Below, one piece after another: positions 50,830-62,583 of a stretch of 64,000 nt of DNA (positions within the stretch are counted from its first letter, which is position 1; each line of letters begins with the position of its first letter). Both the position numbers and the translations under genes were made by a program. The DNA comes from Octopus vulgaris (taxonomy: Eukaryota). The notes beneath the pieces were generated by a model. The model was not told where the DNA came from, did not search any database, and was given only the letters and a program-made list of their open reading frames with translations. The DNA is taken from the NCBI GenBank assembly GCA_951406725.2, contig OX597843.1, forward strand, positions 12,772,001-12,836,000. The letters are read 5' to 3'.

Positions 50830-51358
50830 CCAAGCACCATCCGCTCGTGTCCGTTGCCAGCCTCGCCTGGCCCCCAAAAGCACCATCCATTCATGTCCGT
50901 TGCCAGACTCGCCTGGCCCCCATGCCGGTGGCACGTAAAAGCACCATCCGTTTGTGGCCGTTTGCCAGCCTCGCCTGGCCCCCATGCCGGTGGCACATAA
51001 AAGCACCATCCATTCATGTCCGTTGCCAGCCTCGCCTGGCCCCCCATGCCGGTGGCACATAAAAGCACCATCCATTCATGTCCGTTGCCAGCCTCGCCTG
51101 GCCCCCATGCCGGTGGCACGTAAAAGCACCATCCGTTTGTGGCTGTTTGCCAGCTCCGTCTGGCACCTGTGCGGGTGGCACGTAAAAAGCACCCACTACA
51201 CTCACGGAGTGGTTGGCGTTAGGAAGGGCATCCAGCCGTAGAAACACTGCCAGATCAGACTGGGTCTGATGCAGCCTTCTGGCTTCCCAGACCTCAGTTG
51301 AACCGTCCAACCTATGCTAGCATGGAAAGCGGACACTAAACGATGATGATGATGATGA
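50830..51358 (+). mobile_element. Family C element with about 5 internal 60-bp tandem repeats
   Basis: aagcaccatcc...gccagcctcgcctggcccccatgccggtggcac repeated; (GAT)n tail. Confidence 0.85.
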
Positions 51359-51518
51359 TCTACCTTATCAAATGCCTTTGCAAAGTCAAGATGTAACACA
51401 CTGACATCAGTCAAGCAGCTGTTTCAAAACCCAGTCATAGGAAAACTGTTTCAAAACCCAGTAGGAGCTGTGTGAGGTAGCTTCTTCCTGGACGGAAGCC
51501 ATGCTGAATATTGTTCAG

Positions 51519-51885
51519 TACTCTTTTACTTGTTTCAGTCATTTGACTGCGGCCATGCTGGAGCACCGCCTTTAATCGCCTTATTCTTTGTAAGCCCAGT
51601 ACTTATTCTATCGGTCTCTTTTGCCGAACCGCTAAGTGACGGGGACATAAACACACCAGCATCGGTTGTCAAGCAATGCTAGGGGGACAAACACAGACAC
51701 ACAAACACATAAATATATACATATATACGACAGGCTTCTTTCAGTTTCTGTCTACCAAATCCACTCACAAGGCATTGGTCGGCCCGGGGCTATAGCAGAA
51801 GACACTTGCCCAAGATGCCACGCAGTGGGACTGAATCCGCAACCATGTGGTTGGTTAGCAAGCTACTTACCACACAGCCACTCCT
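51519..51885 (-). mobile_element. SINE family A
   Basis: Family A sequence. Confidence 0.88.
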
Positions 51886-52000
51886 AGGTCATTTTCTTCT
51901 AGGAACATTATCAACTTCTTTCTGATGATTCGCTCCATGATTTTACTGATATACGAAGTCTGAGAGATTGGCCTGTTGTTTTTGGCCTCTGCTCTGCTTC

Positions 52001-52393
52001 GAAGATGCTCGACCTTTATTCTCTAGAAAAACGCCGCCACTGTGGTGATCTCATTCTTGCTCACAACATCATAAGCGGAAAGTGTAACCTCTCGAAAGAG
52101 CTGTTCTTCACTCCTGCTCCAGAGCGTCGGCTGCGGGGTCTCTCCAAAAAGCTCTATCTGCGACGATTTCATCTCATTCGAAGGAGAGGGGCTTTCTCCG
52201 TCCGGGTTGCGGATCTGTGGAATAAGCTGCCGGACGAGATGGTGAAGATGCCGACGACTGCTCGGTTCAAAGTCTCCCTTGACCAGAAATGGCCTGAACT
52301 CTTTACATGAACACCACCCTGTACATAACTCCAGGTCCCCCTACATGGCTTTACTTTTTGCTTTTTGAGCCAAATAATTAACTAACGAACTAA
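52001..52393 (+). mobile_element. CR1 family 1 3' fragment
   Basis: ORF 52005-52310 LDLYSLEKRR..WNKLP; (TAAC)-type tail; matches 5910-6304. Confidence 0.92.
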
Positions 52394-52728
52394 CTTGTGT
52401 ATAGGGCATCTAATGCTTTCTTTAAGCTTTTCAGGAAGTATACCACTTGCAAGGAAACTGGGAAAGTGTCTGAAGTGGTTTCACTAAAGCCTGCTTACTT
52501 GACTTTAAGAGATTAGCTGGGAAGCCATGAGGACCAGTGGCGGAGCATGAGCTCATTTCATCTATGGCCACTGTTACATCTGTTTCCTCAATGTTGATAT
52601 AATCAATGTCTCGCGCCTCCCTTTTTAGAGGTGCAATATCAAAGAATTCAGCCAGATTTTTTTATCTACTTGTGTCCAAAGGAGGAAGTGAAAACACTTT
52701 TAAATTGTTCAATGACTATCTCACCGAT

Positions 52729-52766
<38 letters not shown>

Positions 52767-52830
52767 ATTCGTTAGCTACTGCACGCATTTTTTTTCTCTC
52801 CTTCTTTCTGTGTTTTTTTCTCTCTGTGTA

Positions 52831-52868
52831 TCTTTCTGTTGAAGAGTGTAGGCTCGAAACGTTAAAGA
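52831..52868 (+). ncRNA. Minimal hammerhead-like motif (core variant CTGTTGA) in a Penelope-like end
   Basis: tcttt CTGTTGA a gagt-gtag-gctc GAAAC GTTA aaga; palindromic AACGTT stem III. Confidence 0.5.
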
Positions 52869-53579
52869 CTTGTTTTATTTATATTTCCTGAGCGCCATAC
52901 TAATACAATTGTTCGTTTGTTTTCCACCTGCCTTCGTCTTTTGTCTATTTTCATAAAGCTTCCCGTTATATATATATATATATATATATTTGTGTCTCTC
53001 CTTACTAACCGTCAGCCATTTTGTATTTCTATTGTATGTCTTCATTTGCGCATGCTTATATCTCTATGTGCGTCTATGTTTATTTAGTGTGTGTATGTGG
53101 GGGGATGCCTGTAATATTTGTATCTTCTGTTTATATATGTTCATGTAATTTGTATTTTGTATTTTTTTTTTTTCTTAAGATTAATGTAAAAAATAAATAA
53201 CACTGAAGCAAAGTAACACCAAATATATAGTATGTGTGTTTTTATTGACTAAACTGGCAAAATGACCATTCCTAAATACAACAATATATATATATATATT
53301 TTATATATTTATAAACATGACCTCGTGTGTACCGTTGGCGATTTTTTTTCCTCTGTCTTCCCTTCTCTGGATCTTTCCTTCTCCCATGTTTTCGACGAAG
53401 AGCTCCGCTTGAAATGTTAAACCCTCCTTCTTTCCTTCTTTCCTGAGCATCCAATAATACTATATTTGTTCCACGTCCTCGCGTTGTTGTGTTTTTTTGT
53501 GCTTTCTTGTTTGGATTAACTATATATATATATATATATATGTATATATAATAATAATAATAATATTAGGGAGTATATA

Positions 53580-54056
53580 TTAATTATATTTATTTTTGTT
53601 ATTTATGTTTTGGTTTATATCTATCACTGTTTGAGTTGCCTTAGCCATTTCTGTTTTGGTGTCTTCAAGCCATGAAGTCGTTGTTCTAAAAGAACGCTGG
53701 TCTCCTTGACAACGCTTTACGACGTTGATTTCCTTACACTCCCTTTCCCACAGCTTCACGAGGGAGGGAAGAAAGGGGAGAAGCAAACAGGTGCAGGTGT
53801 GACCATGGACGCCAACTTTGCCGCCATCGACACACGAAAAATTATGCATTAAAATGGAATAAAAAATGATGTTAAATTATTTTTTAAATCGTACTCTCAT
53901 CGTAGACGCGCGCTAATACTCAGACGGGCTCGATATGAATCACGACTATAAGATACCCAAATTTGGTTAAACTGCACCGCAAAATGTGGGAGTAGTTAGG
54001 AATCTAAATCGAAGGGGACAGACACTCACACAACTACAGTTTTATATATATAGATA
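53580..54056. mobile_element. Probable non-autonomous DNA element (Helentron/HINE-like end)
   Basis: CpG-rich body ending ...gacagac...ttttatatatatagat; assignment by resemblance only. Confidence 0.3.
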
Positions 54057-54104
54057 TATATTTATGAATATATATTTATGTTCAAAGCTTCCACTACCTA
54101 AGCA

Positions 54105-55055
54105 ACCAAGTCTGTAGTGGGGGTGGTTGCTCTGAGATTGTAGTGGCTAGAATAAGAATAGCTTGGGCAAAGTTCAGGGAGCTCCTACCTCTGCTGGCAA
54201 CTAAGGGCCTCTCACTCAGGATGAAAGGTAGACTGTATGATGCATGTGCGCAGACTGCCATGCTACACTGTGGTGAAACATGGGCCTTGACTGCTGAGGA
54301 CATGTGTAGACTTGAAAGAAATGAAGCTAGTATGATCCGCTGGATGTGCAATGTCAGTGTGCATACACGACAGAGTTTGAGCACCCTGAAAGAAAAGTTG
54401 GACATAAGAAGCAACAAATGTGGTGTACAAGAGAGATGACTGCGCTGGTATGGTCATGTGTTATGTATGGATGAAGACAGCTTGTGAGGAAGTGCCACTC
54501 TCTAACTGTAGAAGGAACATGTGGAAGAGGTAGACCCGGGAAGACCTCGGATGAGGTAGTGAAGCACGACCTTCAAATGTTGGGCCTCACAGAGGCAATG
54601 ACAAGTGACCAAGACCTTTGGAGATATGCTGTGCTTGAGAAGATTTGGCAACCCAAGTGAGACCATATCTGTGGCCTATGCCAGTGCAGCATAACCAGCC
54701 CATTTAAGAGTACCCTTCAATCATTTGGCAAGAAACTGTGCTTGCGAAGACTTGTTGAGTCAAGTGAAGTCATTGTCTTGGCTGATGACAGTACCGGCTG
54801 ACTGGCTCCTGTGCCAGTGGCACACAAAAAGCACCATTCGAGCATGGTTGTTGCCAGTGCTGCCTGACTGGCTCCCATGCTGGTGGCACATAAAAAGCAG
54901 CCACTACACTCTCGGAATGGTTGATGTTAGGAAGGGCATCTAGCTGTAGAAACCTTGCCAGATCGGATTGGAGTTTCGTGCAGCCTTCTGGCTTGCCAGC
55001 CCTCAGACAAGCCAGCATGGAAAACAGACATTAAATGACGATGATGAAGATGATG
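54105..55055 (+). mobile_element. RTE-clade LINE 3' portion with 3'UTR and (GAT)n tail
   Basis: ARIRIAWAKFREL..KGRLY..ETW..RWMC..*LRWYGHV..EGTCGRGRPGKT; contains stops and frameshifts. Confidence 0.9.
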
Positions 55056-55087
55056 CAAGCAGGAAAAGTAGAACTCAAACTATGAAT

Positions 55088-55511
55088 ACTCTCTTTACTC
55101 TTTTACTCTTTTACTTGTTTCGGTCATTTGACTGCGGCCATGCTGGAGCACCGCCTTTAATCGAGCAACTCAACCCCGGGACTTATTCATTGTAAGCCCA
55201 GTACTTATTCTATCGGTCTCTTTTGCCGAACCGCTAGGTGACGGCGACATAAACACACCAGCATCAGTTGTCAAGCGATGTTGGGGGGACAAACACAGAC
55301 ACACAAACACACACATGCATGCATATATAATAATATATATATACATATATACGACGAGCTTCTTTCAGTTTCCGTCTACCAAATCCACTCACAAGGCTTT
55401 GTTCGGCCTCAGGCTCTAGTAGAAGACACTTGCCCAAGATGCCACGCAGTGAGACTGAACCCGGAACCATGTGGTTGGTAAACAAGCTACTTACCACACA
55501 GCCACTCCTGC
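55088..55511 (-). mobile_element. SINE family A
   Basis: Family A sequence. Confidence 0.88.
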
Positions 55512-55685
55512 AGATGCATATTTGTATTAATATTTAGAGGAAGCAACAGAGTTATTCAAGAGCTGAGAGTTTTATGATTTGACACTCATCAAGCTTTGAT
55601 GTGTGTCAATGCAGGAAACTCCCAGACCTTGAGTCTATTAGTTCTGCCAAATATTACTAAACACACACACACATATGAATGTATG

Positions 55686-55734
<49 letters not shown>

Positions 55735-55735
<1 letters not shown>

Positions 55736-56138
55736 GCGCAGGAGTGGCTGTGTGGTAAGTAGCTTGCTAACCAACCACATGGTTCCGGGTTCAGTCCCAC
55801 TGCGTGGCATCTTGGGCAAGTGTCTTCTGCTATAGCCCCGGGCCGACCAATGCCTTGTGAGTGGATTTGGTAGATGGAAACTGAAAGAAGCCTGTCGTAT
55901 ATATGTATGTATATGTGTATGTGTGTGTATGTTTGTGTGTCTGTGTTTGTCCCCCTAGCATTGCTTGACAGCCGATGCTGGTGTGTTTATGTCCTCGTCA
56001 CTTAGCGGTTCGGCAAAAAGAGACCGATAGAATAAGTACTGGGCTTACAAAGAATAAGTCCTGGGGTCGAGTTGCTTGATTAAAGGCGGTGCTCAGCATG
56101 GCCGCAGTCAAATGACTGAAACAAGTAAAAGAGAGTAA

Positions 56139-56140
<2 letters not shown>
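55735..56140 (+). mobile_element. SINE family A, full length
   Basis: Family A sequence. Confidence 0.9.
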
Positions 56141-56194
<54 letters not shown>

Positions 56195-56619
56195 TCACAC
56201 ACACATACAGTGGCACCATTTAATTTAAGAATGCTAGTATACTAATGTTAAAATGGCATTTTTTATATATTCAAGTTAAACACACATACATATATAAATA
56301 CATGTATGTGTGTACACGCACACGTACATACATATGTATGCAGGTATAAATACACTGACATGTATATATGACTGTGTATATATGTATACATACACATACA
56401 CTTATATAGGAATGTATATGAAAAGACATATAATGTGTGTGTGTGTATGTGTGAAATTTGATCTATATGTATGTAAAAACGTATGTATATATATACATGC
56501 ATGTACATATATGCACATTGTATACACACACACACATATATATTTTATTTATTTGTACATACACACACATGGTTATGTTTGTGCACCTGTATTGAAAAAT
56601 GTATTTATATAAGTATGTA

Positions 56620-57164
56620 CTTGTGTGTGTATATATGTATATATGCATATAATGTATGTGTGTATATATATTTGTGTGTATACATTTGTGTGTTTATGTA
56701 TTTATGTATGTATATGTCTGTGTGTATACATTTGTGTGTTTATGTATGTATATGTCTGTGTGTATACATTTGTGTGTTTATGTATGTGTGTATATATATT
56801 TGTGTGTATACATTTGTGTGTTTATGTATGTATGTATACATTTGTGTGTTTATGTATGTGTGTATATATATTTGTGTGTATACATTTGTGCGTTTATGTA
56901 TGTATATGTCTGTGTGTATACATTTGTGTTTATGTATGTGTGTATATATATTTGTGTGTATACATTTGTGTGTTTATGTATGTATATGTGTGTGTGTGTG
57001 TGTATACATTTGTGTGTTTATGTATGTATGTATATGTGTGTGTGTGTATACATTTGTGTGTTTATGTATGTATATGTGTGTTTGTGTGTGTGTACATATT
57101 TTTGTGTTTGTGTATGTTTGTATATAAGTACATTTGTACAAATGTTTTCATGTATGTATGGATA

Positions 57165-57214
<50 letters not shown>

Positions 57215-57245
57215 CGTATATATGTTTATGTGTGTGTGTGTATCT
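56620..57245. repeat. About 35-45-bp imperfect repeat tgtgtgtatacatttgtgtgtttatgtatg
   Basis: Seen directly. Confidence 0.85.
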
Positions 57246-57454
57246 GTACAACCACAACCCATTTGTGATATCCACTACAGCATAGAACCACAGAGGAAAT
57301 CAGAAGTCTATCGGCTTTTCTCTCTGTCCGTCTGTCTGTCTCTCTCTCCGCCTGTCGGTCGGTTGCTAGGCGACCATGTTGCATTTAATTTCATAATGGC
57401 ATTTCGGTCTTGGAGACTCATCTTTAAGCTGAGCCATACCAAAGCTGTCTCTTG

Positions 57455-57495
57455 TGGTTGTTGTTGTTGTTATTATTATTGCTATTATTATTATT

Positions 57496-57530
<35 letters not shown>

Positions 57531-57586
57531 TATTATTATTATTATTATTACAATTATTATTATTATCATTATTATTATCATCATCA

Positions 57587-57629
<43 letters not shown>

Positions 57630-57795
57630 CTTTATTATTATTATTATCATCATCATCATCATCATCATCATTATTATTATCTTTATTATTATTATTATTA
57701 CTATTATTGTTATTATTATTATTATTGTTATTATTATTATTATTATTATCATCATCATCATCATCATCATTATTATTATTATCTTTATTATTATT

Positions 57796-57827
<32 letters not shown>

Positions 57828-57852
57828 TATTATTATTATCTTTATTATTATT

Positions 57853-57884
<32 letters not shown>

Positions 57885-57995
57885 TATTATTATTATCTTT
57901 ATTATTATTATTATTACTATTATTGTTATTATTATTATTGTTATTGTTATTATTATTATTATTATTGTTGTTATTATTGTTATTATTATTATTGT
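57455..57995. repeat. (TTA)n/(TCA)n compound microsatellite
   Basis: Seen directly. Confidence 0.95.
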
Positions 57996-58277
57996 GAGGT
58001 TTTCAACAGTTTCATACTTGTCTTCTGTTGCTGCTGCTGCTGCTGCACTCCCATGTGCATCATCCCCATGTTGCAGAGTTTCTGTTGCGTTGCTAACTGC
58101 GCCATCTCCATATTTCCTTCATCTGTGTATTGTTGCTGTTGTTGCACAGTTTCAGCAATTTGTGTTTTGGGACTCTGGGGCTTGTGTTTGTGTCCTACAT
58201 TTATTATTCATTATTGCTTATTCATCATCATCAGCATCATCATCATCATCATCAGCATCATCATTATTATTTGTTAT

Positions 58278-59655
58278 TGAGTGAAAGAGCAGCGCATGCC
58301 ATCAAAGTGACATTGGGGTAAAATATACGAAGCCCAGTATACCCATCATGACTACCCGTCTGATAAGGGTGCACCAGGCACATGCATCACAACCATATGT
58401 GCGCAACATGGTGATCTTATATCAAGATAAACAGCACATGACCTTGCAGGTGGGGCCCAGTTAGAATTTTCTTCTGTTCGAGTAACCCATCCCGCTCAAA
58501 AGGTCCCTGAATAAGGATTGTTTAAGGATGTTGAACAAACTACCCATGTTTCCAAAACCCCAAAGAATCCCTCTCAACACATGGCTATGATACTCCCCCA
58601 CTACTTCTGCTCGTGATCAGAGATGCACATATCGTCAGCCACTAAGGGACATGCTCAACTGGTTAAGGTCAAACAACTGACAAGCAAATCTGTGGTATTG
58701 AGCAGAATATTTGCTGTAGGCCATCTTTTATACCAAGACAAAACAATGTACATGATAACACTTCCAATCAGTTAAGATCAGAAGCCATGAGAGCCACTGT
58801 CTGGTACTGTATCAAGGCATTAGCAAATCTGTGGTATTGAGCAGAATATTTGCTGTAGGCCATCTTTTATACCAAGACAAAACAATGTACATGATAACAC
58901 TTCCAATCAGTTAAGATCAGAAGCCATGAGAGCCACTGCCTGGTACTGCATCAGGGCATTAGCAAATCTGTGGTATTGAGCAGAATATTTGCTGTAGGCC
59001 ATCTTTTATACCAAGACAAAACAATGTACATGATAACACTTCCAATCAGTTAAGATCAGAAGCCATGAGAGCCACTGCCTGGTACTGCATCAGGGCATTA
59101 GCAAATCTGTGGTATTGAGCAGAATATTTGCTGTAGGCCATCTTTTATACCAAGACAAAACAATGTACATGATAACACTTCCAATCAGTTAAGATCAGAA
59201 GCCATGGGAGCCACTGTCTGGTACTGTATCAGGGCATTAGCAAATCTGTGGTATTGTACAGAATATTTGCTGTAGCCCATCTTTTATACCAAGACAAAAC
59301 AATGTACATGATAACACTTCCAATCAGTTCAGATCAGAAGCCATGAGAGCCACTGCCTGGTACTGCATCAGGGCATCAGCAAATCTGTGGTATTGAGCAG
59401 AATATTAGCTGTAGGCCATCTTTTATACCAAGACAAAACAATGTACATGATAACACTTCCAATCAGTCAAGATCAGAAGCCATGAGAGCCACTGCCTGGT
59501 ACTGCATCAGGGCATTAACAAATCTGTGGTATTGAGCAGAATATTTGCTGTAGGCCATCTTTTATACCAAGACAAAACAATGTACATGATAACACTTCCA
59601 ATCAGTCAAGATCAGAAGCCATGAGAGCCACTGCCTGGTACTGCATCAGGGCATT
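58278..59655 (-). mobile_element. Second copy of the TAA-embedded element, with a 7x 139-bp array (58683-59655)
   Basis: Units start at 58683, 58822, 58961, 59100, 59239, 59378 and 59517; TTA runs on both sides. Confidence 0.85.
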
Positions 59656-59668
59656 ATTATTATTATTA

Positions 59669-59856
59669 AGGCGGTGAGCTGGCAGAATTGTTAGCACGCC
59701 GGGCAAAATGCTTAGTGGTATTTTACTTGTTTTATGTTCCGAGTTCTGATTCCGCCGAGGTTGACTTAGCCTTTCATCTTTTCAGGGTCAATAAAATAAA
59801 TACCAGTTACAACTTAACTCCTCCCACGAAATTGCTGGCCTTGTGCCAAAATTTGA
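59669..59856 (+). mobile_element. SINE family B, diverged
   Basis: ggcggtgagctggcagaattgttagcacgcc...gcctttcatcttttcagggtcaataaaa. Confidence 0.7.
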
Positions 59857-59860
59857 CATC

Positions 59861-60220
59861 AGTACTGGTGAAAGTGGTTGTCTGGTGGACAAGGCTGAAA
59901 GGCAAGAGGACAGATACATTCCTCTTTGGTAGAGCTCTCATTGACTTTTTCAAATGTCACTCGAAAAGGAATCTGAGAGTGGAGAGTGAAGTGCTGTCCT
60001 CGAGTGAGTTTATTGAAAGGTGGGTGAAAGCTGTGAAAATGGCAAGAGAGGATGGTACCTCTCTAAGTGTGGACCTGTGAGTCGGAGAGAAGGAATTGGA
60101 GAGGGCACTTGGTCTTGGGGTTTCAGGGAAAACTCGGACAGTGGGGTTTCTCGATTATCCCTAGAGGCCTTCATGTATCAGAAGGGCCACATCTCTATCA
60201 TCCTCTCCGCCCTTTTTTTT
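59861..60220 (+). mobile_element. Probable L1/Tx1-like LINE 3' end
   Basis: KVVVWWTRLKG..FFKCHSKRNLRVE..FIERWV..* followed by a short UTR-like segment; assignment by resemblance only. Confidence 0.45.
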
Positions 60221-60268
60221 TAAAAACCTTTATATGCTATGCAATTTGTCCCTTCTTTTTCAGAGTAT

Positions 60269-60686
60269 ACTCTCTTTACTCTTACTCTTTTACTTGTTTC
60301 AGTCTTTTGACTGCGCCCATGCTGGAGCCCCGCCTTTAATCGAGCAACTCGACCCCGGCACTTATTCTTTTGTAAGCCCAGTACTTATTCTATCGGTCTC
60401 TTTTGCCGAACTGCTAAGTAACGGGGACGTAAACACACCAGCATTGGTTGTCAAGCAATGCTAGGGGTACAAACACAGACACACAAACATATACACACAC
60501 ATACATATATATACATATATACATATATACGATGGGCTTCTTTCAATTTCCGCCTACCAAATCCACTCACAAGGGTTTGGTCGGCCCGAGGCTATAGTAG
60601 AAGACACTTGCCCAAGGTGCCATGCAGTGGAACTGAACCCGGAACCATGCGGTTGGTAAACAAGCTACTTACCACGCAGCCACTCC
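60269..60686 (-). mobile_element. SINE family A
   Basis: Family A sequence. Confidence 0.88.
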
Positions 60687-61022
60687 TTTTCTTTTCTTTT
60701 TTTATCATTTCATTATTATCTGTAAACCCCCACATTTTGTCTGTCTCTGTATTGTCCCCCTTGTCCTTCACCATTGTGGCAAATAATTGAAACCATCCCC
60801 CCTCCTCCTCCTCCTCCTGTCATCCTCCTTTTGACACCAACTCACCTGAGACCACCACACCTGGTTCTGCAATACAAGCTTTCTTCAGGCTAATTTATGT
60901 TCCAAGAAGCAAAGTTATTTCACTGAATTCTTTATTGGTTTAAAAATGGCTTGAAACAAAGGCAGCATATTTCGTTTTGGGATTTGGTTTGCAAGATTCT
61001 TTATATGAGTTCGTGTGTTGAA

Positions 61023-61603
61023 GCATATTCTGTTGTGCCTGGGGAGAGTCGTTTTCTTTTTGTGCCTTATAATTTAACAGCTGTTCTTCACTCCTTCTTC
61101 AGAGCGTCGGCTGTGGGGGTTATTCCGAATAGCTCTATCTGCGACGATTTCATCTCAATCGAAGGAGAGGGGCTTTCTCCGTCCGGGTTGCAGATCCGTG
61201 GAATAAGCTGCTTGACGAGATGGTGAAGATGCCGACGACCGCTCAGTTCAAAGTCTCTCTTGACCAGAAATGGCCTGAACTCTTTACATGAACACCACCC
61301 TGTACATAACTCCATGTCCCCCTACATGGCCTTGCTTTTTTGCTTTTTGAGCCCAAAAATTAACTAACTAACACTCAGCGGTAAAATTTTCACCTATTTC
61401 TTGCTTTTATTTTCCTAAAATTTTCGTTACATTTTGCAACCTTTTCAATATTTTCAATAGTCTTGACTATTGAAAAGGTTGCAAGACGTAACGAAAATTT
61501 TAGGAAAATAAAAATAAGAAAAAAGTGGAAATTTTACCAGTGAGTGTGTTACATTATAAGGTACAAAAAGAAAATGACCCTCCCCAGACACAACAGAAAA
61601 GGC
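61023..61603. mobile_element. Palindromic (foldback/MITE-like) element; left arm interrupted by a CR1 fragment
   Basis: 61023-61079 plus 61369-61460 are the reverse complement of about 61465-61603. Confidence 0.8.
61079..61372 (+). mobile_element. CR1 family 1 3' fragment
   Basis: Matches 6008-6304; (TAAC)n tail. Confidence 0.9.
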
Positions 61604-62288
61604 AATATATTTCAACATATGACCAGGAAATAACCTGGTCATATGATTTAGTTTCCAGATCTTCCCATCATGTTTGTTTCAGCTCCGTTTGACACCAATC
61701 CACTTGAGACCACCACCCATGGTTTTATGTCACAAAATTTTGTCGTCATCTAAATGCAATTTTCCCATCAAAATTTTGCGCTAATTTATGCTGCAATTAC
61801 CAACTTAATTAGCTATTTCAGTAAATCCTTCATTATTTTCAAAATTAATTTTAACAAACGCAGTGTATTTCAACAAAAATATCCTAGTCTTATAACTCAG
61901 CTTCCAGATCTTTCCATCATGTTTGTCTTAACCCTATTAATACCAACACATCTGAGATCAACCCTGGTTCCCTGATACAAACTTCCTGCTTCAAAACAAT
62001 CTAAATTGAAATCTTCTATAAATATTTCATGTTAATTTATATTCCAAACAATAGCTTAATAATGACGGTTTTTTTTTTTTTCTTTTACAAAATTCATCAT
62101 TTTCAAAATTAATTGAATCAATGACAGTTTTTGTAAAAATTTAAATTAAGTGAAACAAAGGCACCCTATTTCAACGGACACATGCTGGTAAATGTATTAA
62201 TGGAGAAATCCTTGAAGTTGTGAATTTCTTCCTCTTCTTCTGACAGGGGCAAAGAAGACTTTCTAGCTAGCAGTGTTGTGATTGACAA

Positions 62289-62492
62289 TCTCTTTTACTT
62301 GTTTCAGTCATGTGACTGTAGCCATGCTGGAGCACCGCCTTTACTTGAGCAAACCGACCCCCCAGGACTTATTCTCTGGAAACCTAGTACTTATTCTATC
62401 GGTCTCTCTTTTGCCGAACTGCTATGTTATGGGGACGTAAACACACCAGCATCGGTTGTCGAGCCATGTTGGAGGGACAAACAGACACACAA

Positions 62493-62495
<3 letters not shown>
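62289..62495 (-). mobile_element. SINE family A 3' half running into (CA)n
   Basis: Family A tail. Confidence 0.8.

Positions 62496-62579
<84 letters not shown>

Positions 62580-62583
<4 letters not shown>

Larger units (their letters stand above)
51359..52730 (-). mobile_element. Old CR1/L2-type reverse transcriptase fragment, interrupted twice
   Basis: Minus-strand pieces: SATGPHGFPANLLK..GILPEKLKESIRCPIH | NNRPISQTSYISKIMERII | QHGFRPGRSYLTQLL | DVSVLHLDFAKAFDKVD. Confidence 0.8.

Noticed and set aside
56625-58284. 551-aa and poly-Ile/Leu ORFs
   Set aside because: Entirely simple-repeat derived
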